The notes under the pieces: generated by a model
Databases searched by the model: none
What the model was told of the DNA's origin: nothing
Seen by the model: the letters and a program-made list of their open reading frames with translations, nothing else
Origin: a virus
Lineage: Duplodnaviria > Caudoviricetes
DNA: 64,000 nucleotides
Direction: 5' to 3' (one strand)
Virus record (IMG/VR): IMGVR_UViG_3300033141_002949
Span: 1,354 to 65,353 of that record
Part shown: one piece after another, positions 29,182 through 38,711 of the stretch
How positions within the stretch are numbered: the first letter of the stretch is position 1
Layout: every line of letters begins with the position of its first letter
Program-made: the position numbers and the translations under genes

Positions 29182-29406
29182 AGAAAATCGGTGCAGGAAA
29201 CTGTCGTCTTTAGACGATAGAGGAACGCACCTTCCTCCTTCCTTGACTCAATGGCGCTTGGCTTGACAAGCCGTGTCTCTTCTGCCGCACTGCCCGTATC
29301 CTGTACACAAGTCCACACTTTGAGGCCAACCCAACCCCAGTAGGGGTGGGGTACAGACCCGAAAACTGGAAGGGCAAGCCGCCTGCTTTATCTGGCGGTA
29401 GTTGAC
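29182..29406 (+). mobile_element. non-autonomous IS200/IS605-type miniature element (225 bp)
   Basis: Follows TCAT; left hairpin CTGTCGTC-TTTA-GACGATAG; right end GCAAGCCGCCTGCTTTATCTGGCGGTAGTTGAC; removing it restores an AAA-TGA/ATG overlap; left end is 57/63 identical to 53372-53434. Confidence 0.8.
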
Positions 29407-29981
29407 TTCCTGGCACTGCGTGACCGCCTTCTACGGGTGTATTTCAAACGCCTCCAGGCCAGAATGTTCGAGTCGATAACGTGCGGCTCGCCCAATGTAG
29501 CCGTTTCGTAGCCCCACTGCTGGAAATCGTCTGGCATGAGCGCCGAACGGTGCGCTTCGTAGGGGTTTCCATGCACTGTCCCCTGTGGATAGCGCCCCCA
29601 CGGAGACCCCAAAATGACAACGCGACGAGTAATGCGCTCCAAACGCCACAGGGCATCCGGGATATCCTCGTAGTCAAGGTGCTCCGGCCCGTGCCACCAC
29701 ACGGTGTAGTCGAACATATGATGGCCCAGCACCAGACGATCCGCCTCACGGACATCCCCACATACGATGTTGTGGATCATCTCCTTGTGCTTTATCTCGT
29801 CGATGTATGGAGGCCAAATCTCCAACACAGTAAGGCGGTTGCCGGCTCGATATAGATCGATGCCGTAATGGAAGCGGTCCTTATTCGCCCCCACGTACAA
29901 AAGATCGCCAGGCTCCTCTATCAGCTCGGGCACTCGATCTATGATTTGCGGCCAACGCGCCAGGATGAGCGGTGTAGCCAC
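29388..29981 (-). CDS. SAM-dependent methyltransferase-like protein
   Basis: LLYVGA, VLEIW, GDVR, FDY...PEHL; last five codons are supplied by the inserted element. Confidence 0.75.
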   Translation of the reverse strand: MATPLILARWPQIIDRVPELIEEPGDLLYVGANKDRFHYGIDLYRAGNRLTVLEIWPPYIDEIKHKEMIHNIVCGDVREADRLVLGHHMFDYTVWWHGPEHLDYEDIPDALWRLERITRRVVILGSPWGRYPQGTVHGNPYEAHRSALMPDDFQQWGYETATLGEPHVIDSNILAWRRLKYTRRRRSRSARKSTTAR

Positions 29982-31006
29982 TAAGACACTCCTTCCTCAG
30001 AACGGCCTTGTCCAATTGTCAGGTTGTGTGATACAATTTGATCCCACCAAAAGATATTTGGTTGCTTCGCTAGAATGGCCTTCAACCATGACTGATCCCC
30101 TGCCGCAGCGCGGTTGAAAGCGTGAATCGTGTCGTCGTACAACTGTCGACGCACCGCAAAGCAGTTGCACACCATGTGACCGTTCGCCACGTCGATCTCC
30201 TTCGGCGGTAGGTTCCAAGCACATGGCTTCGGCGCCAGACTTTGTACTCGCCAAATTCTCCAAGCCACCATGTCTGGGTTGCCTTTGAAGTCCTGAAAGT
30301 GTCGCAGCTCGCGGATCAGCGTCACCTCGGTGATGATATCGTCGTCGTCTAGAACCATCACCCACTCACCGCGCGCACGTCCAGCAGTCTCTGAGATTCT
30401 ACGATTAGCGGCCTCCAAGCCGGCGCCGTCGTCGTCCACCAGGATGATATGCTCATACTCCGCGTGCGTTTGTGCCTTCAGCGATGCGATGTTCAACGCC
30501 AGCTGACGGGGACGACGGCAGGTGCGCGTTATAACGCTCAGATAGGGAACACGTGACGGCGGGCCGCCGGGCATTCGATATATCCAAAGGTCTCCTACAG
30601 CGCGTTCAAGCGTCAAGGGTTGAAGGTCAACTGCGTCGCCCCGCAAAATCAACACGCCGCCAGGTTGCAATCGTTCAACCCAGACCGCGCAGTTGGTCGC
30701 ATCCCCTAAGTAGACCAATTCTACGCGCCCCCCGCGCCACGCAGATGTGAACGCCGCAGCGTCCAAATCTATCGCACAGGGGGAATCGGAGGCGCAGCCC
30801 ACGATGGTTGCGCCAGGGCAGCCGGCACGCAAAGCCGGCACTGCGCCTACGTCCAGTACCACGAAGGTGGGCGTTCGTCGCCCTGGCCACACGCGGATGG
30901 ACAGCGCCAGGTCACGCAGGGCGCGACGCTGCTTCTCCTCCAGTGGACCAAGCGCACTCACGATGTGTCCCTCCCGCGCGGCCACCGTTGCATGGTCCAA
31001 ACGCAC
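29981..31006 (-). CDS. GT2 glycosyltransferase with degenerate methyltransferase-like N-terminus
   Basis: LSVITRT..RP, ILVDD, WVMVLDDDD; VLDVGA and LQPGGVLI. Confidence 0.75.
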   Translation of the reverse strand: MRLDHATVAAREGHIVSALGPLEEKQRRALRDLALSIRVWPGRRTPTFVVLDVGAVPALRAGCPGATIVGCASDSPCAIDLDAAAFTSAWRGGRVELVYLGDATNCAVWVERLQPGGVLILRGDAVDLQPLTLERAVGDLWIYRMPGGPPSRVPYLSVITRTCRRPRQLALNIASLKAQTHAEYEHIILVDDDGAGLEAANRRISETAGRARGEWVMVLDDDDIITEVTLIRELRHFQDFKGNPDMVAWRIWRVQSLAPKPCAWNLPPKEIDVANGHMVCNCFAVRRQLYDDTIHAFNRAAAGDQSWLKAILAKQPNIFWWDQIVSHNLTIGQGRSEEGVS

Positions 31007-31611
31007 GCTCCTACGTCCACGGTGCCCTTGAAGTAGAAGTTCTGGTACTCTAGGATGGGCACTGCCGCGCCCAGGAAGGGGCGCAGGTCGTGTTTGCGTT
31101 CCCGCACACGTGTAGTACCCTCCAGTTCCGTCTCCCAGGGTGTCTCTCCAGGAACCAAAAGTCCACGCAGCACGTCTCGACGCCAGATTGCCGCCTGCAA
31201 GGACAGCGCGTATTGGGCGTCCTTGTCGATGTAACAGAAACGTTTGTCCGGCTCGTATGGACGCCCCACCGGTGTAAACATCTTAGAGAGGCGTACACAA
31301 TCCGCCTCGCCGTCCTGCACCAGCCTCTCTGCGGCGGCCACCGCGTCCGCATCTGCTTGGCTGAGAAAGAAGTCATCCAACCACAGAAGCACCACGTCGT
31401 CGGTACAATGGTGGTCTAGATAGAGCAGGACGTTCGATGCAAACTGTTGGTCCTGCCCCACGTAGACGACTTCCGCTTGCACGTTCTCGATGCGCTCCGT
31501 ACAAGCGACCACCGTGATCTCCGGGCACTCCGCCCAGTTAGCGCGCAGGAAATGCACGTTGGCTGGAATGAGATGCGTATATTTGTCGCAAACAGGAATG
31601 ACTACACGCAT
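30958..31611 (-). CDS. GT-A fold glycosyltransferase-like protein
   Basis: LLWLDDFFL, SLQAAIWR, TPWETE. Confidence 0.7.
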   Translation of the reverse strand: MRVVIPVCDKYTHLIPANVHFLRANWAECPEITVVACTERIENVQAEVVYVGQDQQFASNVLLYLDHHCTDDVVLLWLDDFFLSQADADAVAAAERLVQDGEADCVRLSKMFTPVGRPYEPDKRFCYIDKDAQYALSLQAAIWRRDVLRGLLVPGETPWETELEGTTRVRERKHDLRPFLGAAVPILEYQNFYFKGTVDVGACVWTMQRWPRGRDTS

Positions 31612-32564
31612 CGGGCACCCTCCACCTGTTGCAGAATCCACGGGTAGGTGCGGGCGATTCCCTCTTCCAAACTCACCTCCGAGCGCCAGCCGATGGATTC
31701 AATGCGCGCGTGTGAGAAGTTCCTGGATTGCACCCCCACCGGCCCATCAACGTGCCGAACGCGGATACGTTTGCCCGCTACGCGAGCCACCACATCCACC
31801 AAGTCGTTCACCGAAACGTATTCCGAGCGGCCAATGTTGCAGGGACCCTCCAAGTCGGACTGCATGAGCGCACATATCCCCCGCACCAAGTCGTCCACGT
31901 AGGTGTATGACCGCACCGCCGTCCCGTCCCCCCAAACATCGATTTCCCCGCCATCCTCAACCTCGGCCACCTTACGACAAATCGCTGCGGGCGCTTTCTC
32001 CCGCCCCCCGCGCCACGTTCCGTAAGGTCCGTAGGTGTTCTCGAAACGAGCAATGCGTACCTGGATGGGATAGTGTCGAGCGTAAGTCATCACGACGCGC
32101 TCCGAGTAGAGTTTCTCCCAACCATACTCGTTGGCTGGGTACGCTGGATAGGCACCGTCCTCAGCCATCTCCGGCTCTCCAATATCCATATCTCGATAGA
32201 CGCAGACACTGGAGGCAAAGAAGTATCGGCCCACTCCCAACTGCGACGCCGCATGTATTGTGTTTAAGTTTATCAAAGCGTTGTGACGTACAATCTCGCA
32301 CTCGGCCTTGCTGATAAACCCCATGCCGCCCATGTCGGCAGCCAGCGCGTAGACCTCATCAAAGGGACCGCCTCGGATGACCAACGCTCTGGCGACATCC
32401 CGTGGATCGCGCAGGTCCGCAATGACGAACTCGTCGGCGGCGGTCTTCCGAAAATCCGGCAGCTTGATGTCCACGCCACGCACCCAATAGCCGTGGGCCT
32501 TTAGAGCGCGCACCAGATGTCCGCCGATAAAGCCTCCAGCACCCGTCACACAGGCTCTCTTCAT
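31602..32564 (-). CDS. NAD-dependent nucleotide-sugar epimerase (GDP-mannose 3,5-epimerase-like)
   Basis: TGAGGFIG, LAADMGGMGFI, SSVCVY, YGWEK, GGREKAPAAICRKV, GPVGVQSRN. Confidence 0.9.
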   Translation of the reverse strand: MKRACVTGAGGFIGGHLVRALKAHGYWVRGVDIKLPDFRKTAADEFVIADLRDPRDVARALVIRGGPFDEVYALAADMGGMGFISKAECEIVRHNALINLNTIHAASQLGVGRYFFASSVCVYRDMDIGEPEMAEDGAYPAYPANEYGWEKLYSERVVMTYARHYPIQVRIARFENTYGPYGTWRGGREKAPAAICRKVAEVEDGGEIDVWGDGTAVRSYTYVDDLVRGICALMQSDLEGPCNIGRSEYVSVNDLVDVVARVAGKRIRVRHVDGPVGVQSRNFSHARIESIGWRSEVSLEEGIARTYPWILQQVEGARCV

Positions 32565-32585
32565 CGCACCTCACTGTTCTCTAAC

Positions 32586-32612
32586 GGGCGGGGGCATTGA
32601 CCACCCCCGCCC
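32586..32612 (-). terminator. GC hairpin downstream of the capsid gene
   Basis: GGGCGGGGG/CCCCCGCCC stem; weak U-tract. Confidence 0.5.
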
Positions 32613-32643
32613 TGTGTTTCAGCCGCGACTAGACGCTCTCTAC

Positions 32644-34086
32644 CTAGCTCCAAGGAGTGTAGAAGTCAGGGGGAGTATCATACTCCTCGACCCCACCCTT
32701 CTTGAAGTAGGGGCTGTCCTCGTCGTAGCTGCGTAGATGCTGCAACGGCGAATACTTGACGTGCTGGATCTTACCGGCCAACTGCGGGGTACGCAGAATG
32801 ATGCGCGGTTCGATCTTGGCCTGAATCTTGAAGCACCAGTTTAGACTCTGAACGCTCCACAGATACCGACCACCATCGGAAGGCCAGAACTGCTGTTTGT
32901 TGTTCAGCACGGAGAGGTCCGACTGCGCTGTACGGTAGTCCAGGAACTCCCAATAGCACACGGGGATGCCCGCAGCCCGGAGGGGTACCACGAAGATGTC
33001 TGACGCAAACTCGCCGGGTTCCAGATTTTGGTTGTTGGCGTTGTTGTGCTCGAAGATACCGTCGTCTGTTACCACGGGAACTTGCACACCGTTGATCCAC
33101 AGGAAGGACCCCTGGCGCATAGCATCGCGCAACTCGACGTTGTTACGGTCGTTGATGACAATGCTTGTGCCGGTGGGCATGTTGACGCCCCCACGGTCAG
33201 TGAGGTACCTGACCGGCCACACCGCCGTGATCTCGAAGAACAGCTCGGGTCGCATGGCGATCACCCACTGCACAGGGGCCAGACCCATACGATTGGCATT
33301 GTGCTGTAGGTAGTACAGCATCATCGCCAGGTAGCGAACGATGTCCGGGTCCTCACCCGAAACATCGTTGTAGTTGAAGTCCTTCACGTCGGAGTCCAGT
33401 GCTGGGGCCACAGTGTTCGTGAAGGCATCCACGTGGCCGGTGGCAATCAGAGTATCCAGACCCGGAAACTCCTTGTACCCACCGCCCACGTTGTTGTTCA
33501 ACGGGGAGCCGTTCCACACTTGAGATACCAGAAGGTTCTGGAGCATCTTGCCCACCACGACCATCTGCGTCTGGATAACGCTCTGGATGAACGTGGCGGT
33601 GTCCTGCGCCTCGGAAGGCATCAGGGTATGACGGCCCCCGAACACGCTGCCGAGAACCCGAAGGTCCGTGGTCAGCCTTTTGTTCAGGATGCCGACAATC
33701 TCGTTGTACTCCATCTCCTTCGAGGAGCGCGTGTACCGCCCGAAGGGAGCAGTAGTGTGCGCGACCTCCATCACTCCAGACGGAGCGTCATCACAGGGAC
33801 CCGCCGGCTCAGCGCCGCCGTCGGATTCGAACCCGGTGATGAAGGGAAAGACCGGACTCAACTCGCTGGTAGGGACCACGGGGAGCATAGCGTCGATACC
33901 GCGAGGGGACATCGAGGCGTTGATCACCGTGTCGTCTAGACCAAAGTTCGAGAAGAGTCCGCCAGGACCGAACATGAGCTGCGCGTCCGCCGTGCCGCTG
34001 ATGGCTTTGGCGCTGGACTGCAACTTGGAGAGGGTGTCCAGCGACTTCTGAACACCTTTCAGGATTTCGACTACTTCCCTGTCCAT
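32644..34086 (-). CDS. major capsid protein
   Basis: Follows the protease/scaffold; GGAGGT RBS; EFPGLD motif; downstream hairpin. Confidence 0.8.
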   Translation of the reverse strand: MDREVVEILKGVQKSLDTLSKLQSSAKAISGTADAQLMFGPGGLFSNFGLDDTVINASMSPRGIDAMLPVVPTSELSPVFPFITGFESDGGAEPAGPCDDAPSGVMEVAHTTAPFGRYTRSSKEMEYNEIVGILNKRLTTDLRVLGSVFGGRHTLMPSEAQDTATFIQSVIQTQMVVVGKMLQNLLVSQVWNGSPLNNNVGGGYKEFPGLDTLIATGHVDAFTNTVAPALDSDVKDFNYNDVSGEDPDIVRYLAMMLYYLQHNANRMGLAPVQWVIAMRPELFFEITAVWPVRYLTDRGGVNMPTGTSIVINDRNNVELRDAMRQGSFLWINGVQVPVVTDDGIFEHNNANNQNLEPGEFASDIFVVPLRAAGIPVCYWEFLDYRTAQSDLSVLNNKQQFWPSDGGRYLWSVQSLNWCFKIQAKIEPRIILRTPQLAGKIQHVKYSPLQHLRSYDEDSPYFKKGGVEEYDTPPDFYTPWS

Positions 34087-36527
34087 TATGACTCACCTCC
34101 ACTGAGAGTCTTGAGGAGACTCATGCTGAGACCCCTGACGGCCTTGGGCACCTCGTCGGGGTCCACATCCTCAACATCCTTATCGGTCACGTTGTCGTCG
34201 CTCTGAGATGGACGGGCGTCCTGAAGGTCGATCCCCAGCGGGACCTGCTTGTCGCGCAGCTCCTTCAGTTCCTTCTGCATCTCGTCGATCCTCTCTGTGA
34301 AGTCGGAGATCACCTCGCCGAGGGAGCGAAGCACCTCTGCCAAATCTTCATCTTTGTTGGCGGGTTCCGCATCCGCGTCGTCCGATTCGATCCCCGACTT
34401 CTCGTCGTCCTTGTAGACGGCGGCGTCGTCCACACACTTAGTGTTCACGGCGTCCACCCGTGCCACGATGCGGTCGACGAGCTCATCGTCGCCGACGACC
34501 TCTCGCAGCAGTTTTTCCTTATTGGCATCCATCGAAACCTCTCCTTGTGTGTCTATGCTGGTAAAGGGATTGGAAGACCATTCTGTAGGGACTATGGATC
34601 GCTCTAGGATACGGATATGTTCCCATACACGCTTGACCTTTACGCCCTTTACCTCTACGTCCTTATGAACGTCCTCGTCCTTGTAGGTGAACCCTATCGA
34701 GACCTTGAACTTGCCTGGATGCTTCGCGGTGTACTCGCGCACCTTTGTGGCTACGTCGTCGCTGTGCCACAGACCCGATTCGATGAGCACCACACCGTCT
34801 GCAACGCGGAAATCGCAAACACCAAAGTCCAAATTTGGAACGTGCCAGAACCGCAGCGGCCCCAGGTCCCCCGTCTCCTCCGCCGCAGCCTGCAACGCTT
34901 TGCTGGATACGATCTCCCCGTCTCTATCCAGAAAGCCCGTCGACGAGATGCTGACCCAACGGTACCTCCCATCCGTCTGCTTGACTGTAAAGAAGTCGAC
35001 CTCCTTCTTACGCCGCTTGGTCAGCGCGCTCCAGGCGTTTTTGAGAGTCGTCCACAGGGGATTGGCTGGGAGTTCCTTCTCTTCGGTGTCGTCAGGCACA
35101 GGGGACCACTCCTGCACAGGGGAGATATCCACCGCGCCATCCTCGTCGATTTGATAGGGAACCTTGCAGCGCTGACGCTCGCTGCCATTAAATATATCTA
35201 CAACCAAGTGTTTTGCCAACAGGTCGACGATAACTGGTGCGTCGGCCTCATCGCCCGCTGCGTCCTCGTAGACACGCAAGAAGGCGTCCTGCACCTTGGT
35301 CACAGGACTGTCGTCGTCCTTGGTCTCCTCTTCGAGTATCCGACGCGCTCGGGCCTGTACGCGCCGGATAACGGCCTCGGGGAGGTTAGACTGTGGCGCA
35401 CGCGCAAGCGCGTTGCGCAGGTGTGGAAGATCCACCTCGCCCTTCTCGTTTCGATACGGAAAGTAGCGCAGGCTTCGAGGGGTCGTCTTTCCCTCATCGT
35501 CCTTCTTGCCTCCCGGCGCGATGTACAGGAACGCGCTGTCGGGCAAGTTGTTGATGTAGGCCCGCGTCCATACTGCTTTCTCTTCAGTCTCAGTCACCGT
35601 GGTTACCTCCTCGCCCTTGTCCAGCGGAAAGGACATCTCCTCTGCCAGTAACTTCCGCGCTTCAAGGGCAACACGCCTCTCCATCGTCCAATAGCGCCGG
35701 TTTTCCGGCACCTTCTCACGCACAGAGGAAGGAAGGCAGCTCACCCCCTTGGGCGGTAGCCAGTTGTTCTTCACCGCCGTCCGCGACAGTACGTAGGGGC
35801 GTGTGTCCTCTGGGCGCTCCATCAGCCAGTAATTACCCGCGTGCCCTTCAAGCACCGCCTTGTTGTCCACCGGCTGTCCTTCCACGCCCTCGACGTACTC
35901 GTCTGTGGGCCAACCATCTTCTCGTCGGGCACGGTGCCGCCCTAGACGGCGAAACACAATGCGGCCCTTCCAGCGTTCTCCATCTACGAAAAACTCGGAG
36001 AGCTGTGGAAGTTGAGCGCCCCAATCTACCCTCCCCTCGTCAATCTTGACTATGCTGCCATAATCTTTCACTCCTGGCACAAGGGGGTCGTCTGGGTCGG
36101 CCACGCGCAGTTTACCATCCACTTCCAACCATGCGGTAGGCATCTTGGTCGTCTTGGGCCGCGCGTAGATCTGCGCCCTGCGAACTGCACCCCCCTCCAC
36201 CTCGCGCCGACGAATATCTCCAGCATCGAAGTCCACACGCCACAGGCTCTCGTCCTTCAGAGCCTCCTGGATGGACTTGCCCTCAGGTAGCGGTCCCTTG
36301 TGCTGGATCTGTACGCTCCAACCCTCTACAAAGTTCTCGTCACCGTTGACGTACTCGAACCGCCAGTCCCCGTGCGCATAAGGACCTACCGCGTGTACCT
36401 GGAAGGCGTAGTGCATCTCGGCGCTCTCGTCGGGGTAGCGCCCAGTGGCCTTGGCCGCGTCCTCGGAAAGCGGGAACGCTTCCAAGTGCTCGCGCTCGGA
36501 TGTTGTATCCCATTCGCCGTCGTACAT
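34086..36527 (-). CDS. multidomain prohead protease/scaffold with N-terminal LigD phosphoesterase-like domain
   Basis: QVH..HGDWRFE (PE-like); NNLPDSAF..HLRNALAR; DRDGEIV, WH, SIGF, ERSIV (HK97-type protease); acidic coiled-coil C-terminus. Confidence 0.7.
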   Translation of the reverse strand: MYDGEWDTTSEREHLEAFPLSEDAAKATGRYPDESAEMHYAFQVHAVGPYAHGDWRFEYVNGDENFVEGWSVQIQHKGPLPEGKSIQEALKDESLWRVDFDAGDIRRREVEGGAVRRAQIYARPKTTKMPTAWLEVDGKLRVADPDDPLVPGVKDYGSIVKIDEGRVDWGAQLPQLSEFFVDGERWKGRIVFRRLGRHRARREDGWPTDEYVEGVEGQPVDNKAVLEGHAGNYWLMERPEDTRPYVLSRTAVKNNWLPPKGVSCLPSSVREKVPENRRYWTMERRVALEARKLLAEEMSFPLDKGEEVTTVTETEEKAVWTRAYINNLPDSAFLYIAPGGKKDDEGKTTPRSLRYFPYRNEKGEVDLPHLRNALARAPQSNLPEAVIRRVQARARRILEEETKDDDSPVTKVQDAFLRVYEDAAGDEADAPVIVDLLAKHLVVDIFNGSERQRCKVPYQIDEDGAVDISPVQEWSPVPDDTEEKELPANPLWTTLKNAWSALTKRRKKEVDFFTVKQTDGRYRWVSISSTGFLDRDGEIVSSKALQAAAEETGDLGPLRFWHVPNLDFGVCDFRVADGVVLIESGLWHSDDVATKVREYTAKHPGKFKVSIGFTYKDEDVHKDVEVKGVKVKRVWEHIRILERSIVPTEWSSNPFTSIDTQGEVSMDANKEKLLREVVGDDELVDRIVARVDAVNTKCVDDAAVYKDDEKSGIESDDADAEPANKDEDLAEVLRSLGEVISDFTERIDEMQKELKELRDKQVPLGIDLQDARPSQSDDNVTDKDVEDVDPDEVPKAVRGLSMSLLKTLSGGES

Positions 36528-36538
36528 CAGAGTGCCAA

Positions 36539-37372
36539 CTACCCTTTCTTCAGACCGCGATCCGACGACTTGACGATCCTCGTGGACAGGTCCTGGATTA
36601 CGTCGGCAATCTCCTCGCTCATCTCTCGTTCGATCTCCGCCTTAACGATGTCCGTAAAGTGTCTGGGCATTACATACCACTTTTGCGGGTCGTCGCCCCA
36701 CTTGTTTGGACCCTGCCCACTTCGGGACTTGTACGGCGGGCGGAAGCGGTAGACGCGCCTCAGTCCGGGCTTGTAGCCTCTCCCGCGACCTCCGTAGCCC
36801 TGCGATCCGCCGTATGTACGACCTGACCTCAATTCACCTGGTGTAGTACGCGCCTGCCAGGGCACAAGGAAGGCCAAAGGACGCACGTCGGGGATCGCCT
36901 TCTTCCGACGATATATTACCGTGGGTAGACCGCCTCTGATCTCAACGGTTTTCTCGTAGAGGCCCGATGATGGTCCCATTCCCGGCGATTCCAAATCCCC
37001 ATAGCCAGGAACTTTATAAGAGAAGGCCGGCACGCCCCGGTCTATGATCGCGTACAGCGGGCTGTCGGTCCCGAATATCACGTACAGGTCGGCAAGCGTT
37101 CTTGGTCCCTTCGCGCTGGCTTTATGCACCTTGAATCTCGGCTTGGGAGAGCGCCAAGTGCTCGTCGTCTTTCGATATAGCCTGTTCCCCCGTGCCCCCT
37201 TCTTTTTCAGCCAGTCGAACAGGTAGGGGCGCATCTTGTCTACCTGCCACTCAGCGAGCTGGATGGCTTTGACTTGAACCCCGAACTTGTCGACGTAGGA
37301 GGCCGTATAACGATTCGCAGCGCCGCGCACCTTCAAGGTGCCGGCCTGAATCATTACAGGCCATTCAGCCAT
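36539..37372 (-). CDS. basic virion morphogenesis protein
   Basis: Overlaps the portal stop; lies within the head module. Confidence 0.55.
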   Translation of the reverse strand: MAEWPVMIQAGTLKVRGAANRYTASYVDKFGVQVKAIQLAEWQVDKMRPYLFDWLKKKGARGNRLYRKTTSTWRSPKPRFKVHKASAKGPRTLADLYVIFGTDSPLYAIIDRGVPAFSYKVPGYGDLESPGMGPSSGLYEKTVEIRGGLPTVIYRRKKAIPDVRPLAFLVPWQARTTPGELRSGRTYGGSQGYGGRGRGYKPGLRRVYRFRPPYKSRSGQGPNKWGDDPQKWYVMPRHFTDIVKAEIEREMSEEIADVIQDLSTRIVKSSDRGLKKG

Positions 37373-38711
37373 CTCGAATCCCCGCCTTGCGCGCCAGGCG
37401 CTCGACCTTCTCCCAACTGTCTTGTAGATCGCTCATAGAGCGCACCAAGAGGTCTATCTCCTCCTCGGACTCCTCCATCTCCTGTAAGAAACTCTCCGGG
37501 GCGTCGCCCTCATCGACGGCCAATTGCAGCGCCTGCGCCGGAGTAAGTTCCTGGGCGTTCAACCGCAGGGCGCGCTCACGGGCGCGGAGGAGCCGCAGCT
37601 GGATGCGCTCCTGCTCGGCCACAGGGTCTGTGGAGGCGAACTGGAACTCCGTCGTCGGTGGAAGGACGAAAAAGTTCAGCATGTACTCCAACTGTTGAAT
37701 GAGCACCCCCGGCCCCTTGCCCCTGGCGCGCGCAGCCATCTCCGTGGCCTGTGTCGCGGCCCCAAAGCCACCGCCGGGCATGGGCGCGAACTCGGTGTAA
37801 TCCGTACCGAACCCCATCGCCAGGGTGGTGATGTACCACTTGAGCGTCGTATCCTCGTCGTAGCCGTCGGGGAGTCCCGCCAGCTCGATGAGTTCTGCGG
37901 CGACGGCCTGCCCCGGGTCCTGCGAGGCCAGGATGATGGGTGATGTGTAGACGGTCTGGCCCTCCTCGATTTGCTCCCGCTTGGCAGATTCGAGAGCCTC
38001 CTTCACGCGCCCCTCGCGGACGCCCTGCAATACGAGGATGCCCGGCACGCGCTTGCCGGACAATTTCTGTCGTTTGTAGATACCTATATCCCTAAGAGTT
38101 TGGGCGGCACGGAGGATTCTCGAAATGGCCGAATATCCGTAGCCACGCTTGTCCTCACGGGGGCTGGGCATGTCCGTGAGCGGGAAGACCTCGTACCACT
38201 TTAGTTCGTGCTTGCGGTTTCGACGGTCGGTGTAAATGACGGGCGTCTCCAAATCCCCTGTGCGTTGGCAGCGCTGCGAATCGAGATGCGCCAGACCGAC
38301 TATCGGCGTGCGGGGTGTAGCGTTCCGTGGTCGAATGAACTCCACGAAGCCCCCGTTGTCCTGCGTGAGGTTGTCTTGCGTGACCTTCATCACGAAAGAC
38401 ATCCAGCCAGCGCCCAGGTCGGCCATCATCAAGACGCGCCGCCAGTGGGTGACGCTCTTTCGGGGACCTCTCAGTTTGAAGTCCAGCGCCGCGACCTTGG
38501 CGCACATAGAGTACACCGCACCCGCCAAGATGGGTTCCGTGCGCCACAGTTTATCGAGTTCCCGGTCGCGCGCGCGGGAGGGCCAGGCGGGGATGTTATC
38601 GCCCACCGAGGCCAGGAAGAACACCAGGGGCGACTCGGAGGCCAGGGCCTCCGAGGTGCGGTCCTGAACGCTCAACCTGTGCAGTTCCTTGGGGTCCTCT
38701 ACTGGTGTCAT
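37365..38711 (-). CDS. portal protein
   Basis: Directly after TerL with ATGA overlap; GGFVE and GYSAI; about 450 aa. Confidence 0.8.
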   Translation of the reverse strand: MTPVEDPKELHRLSVQDRTSEALASESPLVFFLASVGDNIPAWPSRARDRELDKLWRTEPILAGAVYSMCAKVAALDFKLRGPRKSVTHWRRVLMMADLGAGWMSFVMKVTQDNLTQDNGGFVEFIRPRNATPRTPIVGLAHLDSQRCQRTGDLETPVIYTDRRNRKHELKWYEVFPLTDMPSPREDKRGYGYSAISRILRAAQTLRDIGIYKRQKLSGKRVPGILVLQGVREGRVKEALESAKREQIEEGQTVYTSPIILASQDPGQAVAAELIELAGLPDGYDEDTTLKWYITTLAMGFGTDYTEFAPMPGGGFGAATQATEMAARARGKGPGVLIQQLEYMLNFFVLPPTTEFQFASTDPVAEQERIQLRLLRARERALRLNAQELTPAQALQLAVDEGDAPESFLQEMEESEEEIDLLVRSMSDLQDSWEKVERLARKAGIRDG

